Source: an uncultured Actinomycetes bacterium
Lineage (GTDB): Bacteria > Actinomycetota > UBA4738 > HRBIN12
Assembly (NCBI GenBank): GCA_963714865.1
Contig: CAVQPR010000001.1
Span: 2,316,173 to 2,380,172 of the forward strand
DNA: 64,000 nucleotides
Reading direction: 5' to 3'
Part shown: positions 46,988 through 55,850 of the stretch, piece by piece
How positions within the stretch are numbered: the stretch's first letter is position 1
Layout: the number at the start of each line of letters is the position of its first letter
The notes under the pieces: model-generated
What the model saw: the letters and a program-made list of their open reading frames with translations, nothing else
What the model was told of the DNA's origin: nothing
Databases searched by the model: none
Program-made: the position numbers and the translations under genes

Positions 46988-48457
46988 ATGTTGATGGCAC
47001 GCCCCGTTCGGGCCCTCGGCAGCCTGGTAGCGCTCGCGATCGTGGCCGGCGCGGTGACGTTCGCGTCCATCGGCTCGGGACCGGGCCCCCGAGGCTCCAC
47101 CGCGCCCGGCGAGCTCGCGCGAGGAGGCAATCCGGAGCTGACCGAGCAGAGCGAGGTCACGACCGACCGGCTGGTGGCGCTCGCGGAGGCCGAGCTCGAC
47201 GGCGCCGCTTGGCGCTCGGGGCCCGTACGGCATCTGCGCACGCTCGGCTGGGCGGGGGAGCGTCGCGTGAGCGCGGTGCACGACGATTGGGAACCCGCGG
47301 TGGCGGCGGATCCGAACCAGCCCTACGTCTACGTGCTGGTCGACCGGTACAGCGGCAAGCGCGCATGCGAGCGGTGCCCGTTCCCGGCCATCATCTTGCG
47401 CCGCTCGACCGACGGCGGACAGAGCTGGTCGAAGGGGCGTTTCATCTGCAAGTGCCCGGGCGTGGGCGGCCAGTACGACCCGATCGTCGAGGTCGTCCCC
47501 GACTCCGGTGACGTGTACGCGGTGTGGATGAACAACTTCAAGGTGGTCTTCTCTCGTTCGACCGACCACGGCCGAACCTGGACCCCGCCCGTGGCCACCC
47601 ACGGCACCGTGCCCTGGAACGATAAGCCGGCGCTCGCCGTGAGCGATGACGGCCAGGACGTCTACGTCGGATGGAACGGGCCCAGCGCGGGCGACCCCTT
47701 CATCGCCCAGTCGCACGACGGCGGCAACACGTGGACCCAGAAGCGGCTGGCTCGCACCGATCGATACACGTTCGCCTTCGACGGCGACGTGCTGTCGGAT
47801 GGAACCGTGGTGTTGTCCGAGTCGGCTATCAGCTACGGACCCGACTTCACCTCTCCGGTCGGCAAGATCCGCCAGGACGCCTACGTGTCGTCCGATGGCG
47901 GCGCCAACTGGACGCGCGTGCGGGTCGCGCTCGTGCACGTGGGGCGCCGGTGTACCACGACCGGATGTCGCCCGGACTTCTACACGGGGCACAACTCCGT
48001 GAGCGCGGACGATGACGGGACGCTGGTCTATCTGTATGACGGGGCATCTCGCCACCTTGGCCCTCAGCGGATCTTCGCCGTGACGTCCACCGACGGGGGT
48101 CTCTCGTGGAGTGCGCCGGTCCGAATGTCCGCGTGGGGGGAGAACGCCTCCTCGCCGGCCGTTGAGGCGACCGGTAGCGGCGACGTGCGCGCGTGGTACA
48201 TGCAGACCACGGGCGGCCCGCACGCGTGGAACGTCTGGTACCGGACCTCGTCAGATGGGGGCCTCACCTGGAGCGCCCCGGTCAGGATCTCCGATGCCGT
48301 GTCCGGTGCCAGGTACAAGACCCAGGCCGGGTTCCGGGAGATGTACGGCGACTACGGCGAGATCGACATCTTGAGCGACGGCCGAACGATCGGAGTGTGG
48401 GGCGAGGGCACTAGCTACTACGGCCCAGGTCAGGTCTGGTTCAACATCGAGACCTGA
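46988..48457 (+). CDS. Secreted BNR/Asp-box repeat protein (sialidase-like beta-propeller)
   Basis: Signal peptide plus six SxDxGxTW-type boxes: STDGGQSW, STDHGRTW, SHDGGNTW, SSDGGANW, STDGGLSW, SSDGGLTW. Confidence 0.8.
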   Translation: MLMARPVRALGSLVALAIVAGAVTFASIGSGPGPRGSTAPGELARGGNPELTEQSEVTTDRLVALAEAELDGAAWRSGPVRHLRTLGWAGERRVSAVHDDWEPAVAADPNQPYVYVLVDRYSGKRACERCPFPAIILRRSTDGGQSWSKGRFICKCPGVGGQYDPIVEVVPDSGDVYAVWMNNFKVVFSRSTDHGRTWTPPVATHGTVPWNDKPALAVSDDGQDVYVGWNGPSAGDPFIAQSHDGGNTWTQKRLARTDRYTFAFDGDVLSDGTVVLSESAISYGPDFTSPVGKIRQDAYVSSDGGANWTRVRVALVHVGRRCTTTGCRPDFYTGHNSVSADDDGTLVYLYDGASRHLGPQRIFAVTSTDGGLSWSAPVRMSAWGENASSPAVEATGSGDVRAWYMQTTGGPHAWNVWYRTSSDGGLTWSAPVRISDAVSGARYKTQAGFREMYGDYGEIDILSDGRTIGVWGEGTSYYGPGQVWFNIET

Positions 48458-48478
48458 ACCACCTAGACTCCCGGCCCG

Positions 48479-50626
48479 ATGGCTGATCGGGGTGCGCACG
48501 CTAGGCCGACTCGGCGGCCGGTCCTGACCCCGCAGCGGCTGCCGCTCGCCGTGGTCGGACTCGCCGTCGCCTTCGGCCTGTGGAGCCTTCGGTCCGAGCT
48601 TGTGGACGTGTGGTCGCTGAACGACGCGTCCATCCATGCGTCGATGGTGAGGTGGGCCGCCGCGCGCGTGCGCGCCGGGCATCTGCCGTTCGATGGGTGG
48701 TACCCCTATCTGTCGCTCGGTTCGTCGAGGTTCCACCACTACCAGAGCCTGCCGCACATCCTGACGGGCGCCGTGTCGGTCGTCACGGGGCCCTCGACGT
48801 TTCGCTGGTCCATGTACCTGCTCCTCGCTTCCTGGCCGGTGTCCGTCTACGCCGGGGGACGCTTCCTGGGACTCGGCCGCTGGCCGGCCGCCGCCGCCGC
48901 GCTGCTGTCGCCGCTCCTGGTCAGCGAGCCGGGGCTCGGCTACGAATGGGGGAGCTATCTGTGGCGCGGATCGGGGACCTGGGCGCAGCTATGGGGGATG
49001 TGGGCACTCCCGCTGGCGTGGGGACTCGCGTGGCGAGCCGTCGCTCGAGGACACTCCATCGCGCTGGCAGCGGTCGTGGTGGGCGTCACGGTGGCCCTGC
49101 ATCTGCTCACCGGCTATCTGGCCCTGCTGTCGCTCGGCGTGTTCGTCGTCGCGACCCCGAGGGAGTTCGTCCGGCGTGGGGCCCGCGCGGCGCTCGTCGG
49201 ACTCGGGGCCATGGTCGCGGCCGCCTGGATGGTCGTTCCGCTGGTCCTCGACGCCGCCTGGACTATCCAGGACGAGTTCTCGCTGGGGACCATCTACTAC
49301 GACTCCTTCGGGGCGGGTCGCATCGGCCGGTGGGCGGTCAGTGGCGAGCTCTTCGATCGCGGGCGTCTGCCGCTGATCTCGATCCTGGTGGCGGTCGGCC
49401 TCGTGACCGCCGCGGTCGGCGGACGCCGGCGGGAGGCGCCACGGGTGATCCTCGGCCTGGGTCTGTTGAGCCTGGTCCTGTTCTTCGGACGACCAACTCT
49501 CGGCCCCGTGATCGACCTGTTGCCGGGCGGGGGTGACCTGTTCCTGCGGCGGTATATCTCGGGCGTACATCTCGCCGGTCTCTACTTGGGAGGACTCGGC
49601 CTCGTTCGGGTGGTGTCCTGGACTACTGGACTGGTTCGCAACCGCTGGTCGCCCGATCGGCGGTGGGTGGTGGCCGCCCTCACCGTGGCGATGGCGGGGG
49701 TCTTGATCGCGCCGGCCATCGCCGAGCGCACTGCATTCGCGCGCCGAGGCGCTCGGTGGGTCGAGGAGCAGCGTGTCGCCGAGGCAACCGATGGTGCCGG
49801 ATACGAGGCGCTCGTACGGCAGGCCCAGCGGCGTGGACCCGGCCGCATCTTCAGCGATCGGCGCTCGAGCGCTCCTTCCTACCGGGTCGGGCAGGTCCCG
49901 GCGTTCGCGATCCCGCTCAACCTCGATGCCGACTCGATCGGCTTCACGCGGCCCACGTGGTCCCTTGCCTCGGGCGTGGAGGCCAGGTTCTCGATCACCG
50001 ATCCGGACCACCCGTCGTTGTTCGGGGTGCGCTACCTGATCCTCGATGAGGACAGGCAGCCGCCTCCGGGCGCCTCAGAGCTCGCTCGTGCCGGCCGCCA
50101 TGTTCTATGGGAGATGCCGGACGTCGGGTACCTATCCGTCGTCGACACGATCGCGCCCATCGAGGTCGACCGCACCAACCTGGGGATCCGGATGGATTCC
50201 TACCTGACATCCGGGCTGATCGGTCAGGCCATGCACCCGACGCTCGGTTTCGGAGGTCGGATGGCTGCCGAACCAACCCTCGGTCCCGATCGGCTGCCCG
50301 CGGGGTCGCCGGGGGTCGTCGTGGAGCAGGCGGCCGGCCCGGCGGAGGGGCTGTTCGCCGGCACGGTCGAGGCGACCCGATCTGCCGTCGTTCTCCTGAA
50401 GGCCTCGTACGACCCTCGCTGGATCGCGTCGGTGGACGGCCATCCGGTGCCTCTCCAGATAGTGGCGCCCGGCTTCGTCGGGGCCCCCGTGAGCGAGGGG
50501 CGGCACGAGGTCGTGTTCGTCTATCGTTCCTTTCCCCGCTACGACGTGCTGCTGGCCATCGGCGTCGCCTGGATCGTCGTCCTAGCTCTCGGTGAGCGCG
50601 CCGTCCGCCGCCGAACCCCGCGATAG
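48479..50626 (+). CDS. Large polytopic membrane protein with C-terminal external domain (GT-C-like glycosyltransferase architecture; function unassigned)
   Basis: At least 12 TM segments in the first ~400 aa, then a ~300-aa soluble domain and a final TM. The family assignment comes from architecture only. Confidence 0.55.
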   Translation: MADRGAHARPTRRPVLTPQRLPLAVVGLAVAFGLWSLRSELVDVWSLNDASIHASMVRWAAARVRAGHLPFDGWYPYLSLGSSRFHHYQSLPHILTGAVSVVTGPSTFRWSMYLLLASWPVSVYAGGRFLGLGRWPAAAAALLSPLLVSEPGLGYEWGSYLWRGSGTWAQLWGMWALPLAWGLAWRAVARGHSIALAAVVVGVTVALHLLTGYLALLSLGVFVVATPREFVRRGARAALVGLGAMVAAAWMVVPLVLDAAWTIQDEFSLGTIYYDSFGAGRIGRWAVSGELFDRGRLPLISILVAVGLVTAAVGGRRREAPRVILGLGLLSLVLFFGRPTLGPVIDLLPGGGDLFLRRYISGVHLAGLYLGGLGLVRVVSWTTGLVRNRWSPDRRWVVAALTVAMAGVLIAPAIAERTAFARRGARWVEEQRVAEATDGAGYEALVRQAQRRGPGRIFSDRRSSAPSYRVGQVPAFAIPLNLDADSIGFTRPTWSLASGVEARFSITDPDHPSLFGVRYLILDEDRQPPPGASELARAGRHVLWEMPDVGYLSVVDTIAPIEVDRTNLGIRMDSYLTSGLIGQAMHPTLGFGGRMAAEPTLGPDRLPAGSPGVVVEQAAGPAEGLFAGTVEATRSAVVLLKASYDPRWIASVDGHPVPLQIVAPGFVGAPVSEGRHEVVFVYRSFPRYDVLLAIGVAWIVVLALGERAVRRRTPR

Positions 50627-50773
50627 CACCTACGTCATCCGTGCTACCAGGAACGGGGGATGTCTCCGGATGGTGTTTGCAGAGCGGCCCTTGGGTCGAG
50701 AAGCTCCGGATGTCCCAAGCTCACGCGCGGGGATAGCACCGCGCGGCTCGTATCCGCTGCGGAAGGAGACGTC

Positions 50774-51514
50774 GTGGCAGCTCGCCGACCGAGGTCCATG
50801 GCACGGGGTGTCATCGCTCTGTTCGCCGCCGTGTGCCTCGCGGGTGCTGCCTCAGCCGTCAGCGCGCTGGCCAACGGCGGAGGCAAGAACCGCGTGCATG
50901 CATGCATCAACAAGAACACGAAGGTCGTGCGGATCGTGACCCCCAAGAAGCAGTGCAAGGCGAACGAGACCGCCAAGCACTGGGCCGTTGCAGGCCCCGA
51001 AGGCCCCGCGGGCGCGACCGGTGCCACCGGTGCGAGCGGAGCCGCCGGTTCCACGGGCGCTGGGGCTACTGGCCCGATGGGACCGATAGGCGCCACCGGT
51101 GCCGATGGAACGGATGGCTCGGACGGCGCCGATGGCGCCACGGGAGCAGACGGTGCAACCGGGACGGCCGGCGCCGGCGCCACCGGGCCCATGGGGCCGA
51201 TGGGCGCTACCGGCGACACAGGCCCGCCAGGTGGCGTGGGCGCCACCGGCCCCGCCGGCCCGCAGGGACCGGCGATCTCCACCACGATCGTGTCGACGAC
51301 GTCGGCCTCGACCAGCTCGGGTCCGAAGACCGTGACGGCTACGTGTTCTTCTGGGTCCCTACTTGGTGGAGGCGCTCTCACGACGAACGGCGGAAACGAG
51401 GTGGCGCTGATCGCGAGCTACCCGTTCTCTTCAACGGCGTTTCGGGCGACGGCGACCGAGATAGACGGGACCTCGAACAGTTGGACGGTCACGGCGTTCG
51501 CCATCTGCGGTTGA
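50774..51514 (+). CDS. Secreted collagen-like (G-X-Y) repeat protein
   Basis: GGAAGGAG lies 6 nt before the GTG at 50774. Signal peptide ...[18 protein letters not shown] 94-aa G-X-Y tract (50993-51274) has two GA interruptions. Cys-containing globular ends. Confidence 0.7.
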   Translation: MAARRPRSMARGVIALFAAVCLAGAASAVSALANGGGKNRVHACINKNTKVVRIVTPKKQCKANETAKHWAVAGPEGPAGATGATGASGAAGSTGAGATGPMGPIGATGADGTDGSDGADGATGADGATGTAGAGATGPMGPMGATGDTGPPGGVGATGPAGPQGPAISTTIVSTTSASTSSGPKTVTATCSSGSLLGGGALTTNGGNEVALIASYPFSSTAFRATATEIDGTSNSWTVTAFAICG

Positions 51515-51558
51515 ACTGACGCGCGCGGCAAGGCGATGGATCGCCTCGGTTGAGTCTG

Positions 51559-52098
51559 CTAGCTCGCGCTCTCCGACTCACTCGGTTCGATCGGAGCGCT
51601 CGTGAGGCGATCGGTCAGGGCCGGGTTGAGTGCGATGGCAGTCTGAAGCTCATCGGTGGCCTCCTTCTGCCTGCCCGCCTGCCGCAGGAGGAGGCCAAGG
51701 TTGAAGTGAGCGTTGGCGTTGCCCGGATCGGCCTCGAGGGCGCGCCGATACAGATCGATCGCCTCTTGCGTCGCGCCGACGCCGGCGCGCACGATCGCGA
51801 GGTTGTACAACGCGGCCTCGAGTCGCGGATCGATGTCGAGTGCCGAGCGGTAGAAGGCCTCGGCGGCTTGCGAGTCCCCCGTCGTCTGCGAGAGGAGCCC
51901 CAGGTTGTACAGCGCGGCCTTGTTCCTAGGATCCGCCTCGAGCACCTGCAGGTAGGCGTCCGCGGCCGCCTCCACGTTGCCGGCCTGCTGTTCGGCCAGC
52001 CCGCGTGCTAGGGCCTCGTCCGGATCGACCTTGCTGGAGCACGCGCCCATGGCAACGACGCAGACGAGCAGGGCGAGCCATCGCTTCACGACGCGCAT
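51559..52098 (-). CDS. TPR-repeat lipoprotein
   Basis: Lipobox VVAMGACSS and four TPR units (A..Y..AL..DP.N..A.YNLG..). Confidence 0.75.
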   Translation of the reverse strand: MRVVKRWLALLVCVVAMGACSSKVDPDEALARGLAEQQAGNVEAAADAYLQVLEADPRNKAALYNLGLLSQTTGDSQAAEAFYRSALDIDPRLEAALYNLAIVRAGVGATQEAIDLYRRALEADPGNANAHFNLGLLLRQAGRQKEATDELQTAIALNPALTDRLTSAPIEPSESESAS

Positions 52099-52123
52099 GC
52101 TAGTCGACGCTGCGCGCGCCGAA

Positions 52124-52153
52124 TTGTCATCGCGAGGGCGTCGCTCGTATCCT
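52124..52153 (+). promoter_or_regulatory. Candidate sigma-A promoter TTGTCA-N18-TATCCT for rplJL
   Basis: -35 at 52124-52129 and -10 at 52148-52153. Predicts a ~110-nt leader. Confidence 0.45.
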
Positions 52154-52224
52154 GACGCCGCCACAGACAGCAGGGGCGAAAGCACAATCCCCATCGGGTA
52201 CCTGCCGAGGCCAAGCGCGTTGCT

Positions 52225-52258
52225 ACGCGTCTCCGCTGTCTGCGGAGACGCGTTTTTT
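52225..52258 (+). terminator. Intrinsic-terminator-like hairpin plus T6 inside the rplJ leader (L10-leader attenuator candidate)
   Basis: Perfect 12-bp stem ACGCGTCTCCGC/GCGGAGACGCGT with loop tgtct, followed by TTTTT. It ends 14 nt before the rplJ ATG. Confidence 0.55.
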
Positions 52259-52272
52259 CATGAGGAGGCGCG

Positions 52273-52920
52273 ATGCCCAACCAAGAAAAGATCGAACGGG
52301 TTGCGGAGCTGAGGGCGCGGATCGAAGCGTCCGACGCGCTGCTGTTGACCGAGTACCGGGGGCTCACCGTGTCCGAGGTCACGGAGCTGCGGAGGTCGCT
52401 GGCCGAAGGCGGCGCCTCGTTCGCGGTGGTCAAGAACACGCTGATGAAGCTGGCCGCTGCCGACGCCGGGGTCGCCGAACTGGAGGCCTTGCTGACCGGG
52501 CCCTCCGCGATCACCTTCGTCGAAGGCGATGCCGTGGCGGCCGCCAAGTCGGTCGTCAAGGCCCAGAAGCAGTTCCCTGCGCTCGTCCTCAAGGGCGGGC
52601 TCATGGACGGCAAGATGCTCACGGCCGAGGAGGCCAAGGCGCTCGCCGACCTGGAGCCACGCGAAGTCATGCTCAGCAAGATCGCGGGGATGATGAAGAG
52701 CGAGATGACGCGCGCGGCAGCGATGTTGCAGGCGGGCCAGTCGAAGTTCCTTTCGTTGCTGACCGCCTATCAGGACAAGGTCCCCGGCCAGGAGCCCGAG
52801 GCAAGCGAGCCCGAGGCCACAGACGCCCAGGTCGATGACCCGGTCGGTGAAGGGCTCGCTCAAGACGAGGACACACACGCCACCGACGAGGCCGAGGCCT
52901 CGGATGAGGGGAAGGAGTAG
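52273..52920 (+). CDS. rplJ: 50S ribosomal protein L10 with ~45-aa acidic C-terminal tail
   Basis: [43 protein letters not shown]... Confidence 0.93.
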   Translation: MPNQEKIERVAELRARIEASDALLLTEYRGLTVSEVTELRRSLAEGGASFAVVKNTLMKLAAADAGVAELEALLTGPSAITFVEGDAVAAAKSVVKAQKQFPALVLKGGLMDGKMLTAEEAKALADLEPREVMLSKIAGMMKSEMTRAAAMLQAGQSKFLSLLTAYQDKVPGQEPEASEPEATDAQVDDPVGEGLAQDEDTHATDEAEASDEGKE

Positions 52921-52925
52921 CCATC

Positions 52926-53309
52926 ATGGCGAAGCTCAGCAATGACGACCTCCTGGAGCACTTCAAGGAGATGACCCTGCTCGAACTGTCCGAGTTCATC
53001 AAGCAGTTCGAGGAGGCTTTCGACGTCACGGCGGCGGCGGCGGCGCCCGTGATGATGGCGCCGTCCGCCGGCGGTACGGCGGAAGCCGAAGTGGAGCAGG
53101 ACGAGTTCGACGTGGTCCTGACCGGCGCGGGCGACAAGAAGATCCAGGTCATCAAGGAGGTGCGCGCGTTGACGAGTCTCGGTCTCAAGGAGGCAAAGGA
53201 CCTCGTCGACGGCGCCCCACAGCCTGTCCTGGAGAAGGTCAACAAGGAGGCCGCCGACGCCGCCAAGGAACAACTGGAAGGCGCCGGCGCCACGGTCGAG
53301 ATCAAGTAG
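52926..53309 (+). CDS. rplL: 50S ribosomal protein L7/L12
   Basis: ...[57 protein letters not shown]. Confidence 0.97.
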   Translation: MAKLSNDDLLEHFKEMTLLELSEFIKQFEEAFDVTAAAAAPVMMAPSAGGTAEAEVEQDEFDVVLTGAGDKKIQVIKEVRALTSLGLKEAKDLVDGAPQPVLEKVNKEAADAAKEQLEGAGATVEIK

Positions 53310-53333
53310 CGATCGGCTCATGGCTCCAACTGC

Positions 53334-53358
53334 GAGGGGGTCCCAGGAGGGCCCCCTC
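53334..53358 (+). terminator. GC hairpin downstream of rplL
   Basis: GAGGGGGTCC-cagga-GGGCCCCCTC: a 10-bp stem with one G-U pair and no T-tract. Confidence 0.4.
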
Positions 53359-53477
53359 GGCGGCGTCCGGGAACCGGCGGATGGCCCATAGCTCATGGTT
53401 GAGTGCCCGTGCTATGGTCGCGCCGTCAAGGCCGGGGAGTGCCCCGGCATCAGCCAGCACGAGGGGGTACTGCCTGT

Positions 53478-53891
53478 ATGCACGACACCGGCGAACGACA
53501 CTTCGGGACTCGACTCCGCGAGGCGCGACTGGCCGCCGGGTTGAGTCAGTCCGAACTCGAGGAGCTGTCCGGGATCCCGAAGGCCCGCCTTTCCCGATAT
53601 GAGAATGGGCACGTCGAGCCGTCGATCCAGACGCTGGCGCGCCTGTCGCGGGCCCTCAACGTGTCAGAGGCATCTCTGTTGGGCGATGAGCGAGCGATCC
53701 TGGAGGACTTCTTCGCAGTACTGGCCGCTCGAGGCGTCCAGATCAGCACGAAGGAGCAGGGCCGTCGTCTCGCGGCATCCGTCGCCGACATGGTGCAGGC
53801 GCTCGGAGGTATCGAATCGGTGGCCGGTCCCGCGGACGGTGTGGGCGCAGCTCCCCCGCCCTCGTGGACGCCCACGAGCGCGATGACCTAG
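53478..53891 (+). CDS. XRE-family helix-turn-helix regulator
   Basis: FGTRLREARLAAGLSQSELEELSGIPKARLSRYENGHVEPSIQTLARLSRALNV. Confidence 0.8.
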   Translation: MHDTGERHFGTRLREARLAAGLSQSELEELSGIPKARLSRYENGHVEPSIQTLARLSRALNVSEASLLGDERAILEDFFAVLAARGVQISTKEQGRRLAASVADMVQALGGIESVAGPADGVGAAPPPSWTPTSAMT

Positions 53892-53993
53892 GCAGGGACG
53901 CAGGACCCTCGCTCATCGGCCGCGCGTCGGCCGGAAGATCGGCCGTGGCCGTTCGAGCTACGGTCCGAACGGTCGAGCGCCGATGACGACCAC

Positions 53994-55238
53994 ATGGACC
54001 GATCGGACTCCGAAGCGGTCGGCGGCCGCGCGGTCGCCGGTTCGGGTCACGGAGAGCGCCCGCGTGTGCTCGTGGTCGTCACGCGCCTGGGCTCGGGGGG
54101 CGTCACGTCCCAGGTGCTGGACCACACCGCCGGCCTGAAGGCTCGCGGCTTCGACGTACGCCTCGTGTGGGGGGCGTCGGAACGGAACGAGTCCGGTCAG
54201 CAGCCTCCTCCTGATCTGCCGAACACGCACGTTCCCTGGCTGGGCAGGGACCTGCATCCGCTCGACGACGTGCGTGCGGCCGCGGCGATCGACGGGATCG
54301 TGCGTCGGTGGCGGCCCGACGTCGTCCACACCCATCTCAGCAAGGCGGGTGCGCTTGCGCGACCGATCGCCCGCCGGGCCCGTGTGCCGGCTCTGGTGCA
54401 GACGTTCCACGGACCGGTGGCGCGCGCCGACCGCTCGGCGCTTCGCAACGCAGCCTACGGCCGTGTCGAACGTCGTCTCGCGATCTCGACCGACGCGCTC
54501 GTTGCCGTCGCGCCGCGAGTGCGCGACGAGCTCGTTGGTCAGGGGATCGGTCCGGCGACGCGGTGGCACGTCGTGGCTCCGGGGATCGACGTGTCGCGCT
54601 TGGCCTCGGGCTCAGGTCCGGCCCAGGGAGAGCGAGCACGCCTGGGGCTGCCGCACCGGGGTCGCGTGGTGGGGGTAGGCGGTCATCTGTCGGCAGGGAG
54701 CGACCTCGGCCTCGTGCTTCGCGTAGCCGAGCGCGTCGTACTCGAGCGCGACGATGTGACGTTCGCGGTCATCGGGACGGGCGCTGCGAGGGATGTGCTC
54801 GAGCGAGGGGCGGGAGCGTTGGGCGGATCGAGGATCCGTTTCCTCGATGCCGTGGACGACTACCCTGCGTTCCTTCGTGCATGTGATCTCGTCGCCGTGA
54901 CACCGTCGAGTGAAGCCGTCCCGGTCGTCGCCATCGAGGCCGCCGCTGCCGCCCGCCCTGTGATCGCCACCCAGGCGGGCTCGATCGCCTCGGTCGTGCG
55001 AGACGGCGAAACCGGGTTTCTTGCGCCCGTGGGCGACGACATCGCGATGGCGAGGCTCGTGATCGCCCTGCTGGGGGATCGTGTTCGCGGGCATGAGATG
55101 GGGCTCGCCGCCGCGGCCTGGGTGGAGGGGCGCTTCTCCCACCACCGTCAGGCCGATGAGATCGCCGACCTGTACGGCGAGCTCCTCGGCCGCGCGCGGC
55201 GCGGCCGTACCGTTGCCGGGGCTGGCGCTCGCAGGTAG
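53994..55238 (+). CDS. GT4-family (GT-B fold) glycosyltransferase
   Basis: N-terminal VLVVVTRLGSGGV and the C-terminal E...E-containing region VAVTPSSEAVPVVAIEAAAAARPVIAT..GS..SVVRDGETGFL. Confidence 0.75.
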   Translation: MDRSDSEAVGGRAVAGSGHGERPRVLVVVTRLGSGGVTSQVLDHTAGLKARGFDVRLVWGASERNESGQQPPPDLPNTHVPWLGRDLHPLDDVRAAAAIDGIVRRWRPDVVHTHLSKAGALARPIARRARVPALVQTFHGPVARADRSALRNAAYGRVERRLAISTDALVAVAPRVRDELVGQGIGPATRWHVVAPGIDVSRLASGSGPAQGERARLGLPHRGRVVGVGGHLSAGSDLGLVLRVAERVVLERDDVTFAVIGTGAARDVLERGAGALGGSRIRFLDAVDDYPAFLRACDLVAVTPSSEAVPVVAIEAAAAARPVIATQAGSIASVVRDGETGFLAPVGDDIAMARLVIALLGDRVRGHEMGLAAAAWVEGRFSHHRQADEIADLYGELLGRARRGRTVAGAGARR

Positions 55239-55301
55239 CCTCGCCGTGGCCGGGGTCTGGGTCGCCCCGCCAGCTGGCTTCGAAAGGGGATCTCGATCGG
55301 A

Positions 55302-55850
55302 TTGCAGGGCGTTCACGTCGTCCAGTTGTCGTCACACGCGGACGAGCGTGGGTCGTTGACCGAGACCTACCGTCACGCCTGGCTGCCCGCCGGCGCTCGC
55401 GCGATGGTGCAATCCAACCTGAGCCTCAGCGTGGCGGGCGTGATCCGCGGCATGCACATCCACCATCGTCAGGCCGACTATTGGTGTGTGCTCGCGGGCC
55501 GCGCGTTCGTGGCGCTGGCCGACCTTCGCACGGGTTCTCCAACCGAGGGGGAGGTCGCCACCCTGACGATCGATGCGGGGGAGCAGCGTCGAGCGATCTA
55601 CATCCCCCCCGGAGTCGCGCACGGGTTCTGCGCGCTCACCGATATGTCGCTGCAGTACATGGTCGATGCCTACTTCACCGGAGACGACGAGCACGGGTTC
55701 GCTTGGGATGACCCCGACGCTGCGATCGGGTGGCCGATATCTGACCCACGGCTGTCGGATCGCGATCGCTCGAATCCGTCGATGGCCGAGGCCCGGGTCG
55801 CCGTCCCCGACTACATGCCGCCCGAGCCCCCGGGGTCTATCGATAGCTGA
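55302..55850 (+). CDS. rmlC: dTDP-4-dehydrorhamnose 3,5-epimerase-like cupin
   Basis: DERGSLTETY...IRGMHIHHRQADYWCVLAGRAFVALADLR...IYIPPGVAHGFCAL...YMVDAYF. Confidence 0.75.
   Translation: MQGVHVVQLSSHADERGSLTETYRHAWLPAGARAMVQSNLSLSVAGVIRGMHIHHRQADYWCVLAGRAFVALADLRTGSPTEGEVATLTIDAGEQRRAIYIPPGVAHGFCALTDMSLQYMVDAYFTGDDEHGFAWDDPDAAIGWPISDPRLSDRDRSNPSMAEARVAVPDYMPPEPPGSIDS

Noticed and set aside
50644-51381. 245-aa minus-strand ORF with PVAP/GPxxP repeats
   Set aside because: It is the mirror image of the collagen-like G-X-Y gene. The plus strand has an RBS, a signal peptide and structured end domains, so the minus ORF is taken as an artefact, though strand choice rests on these features only.
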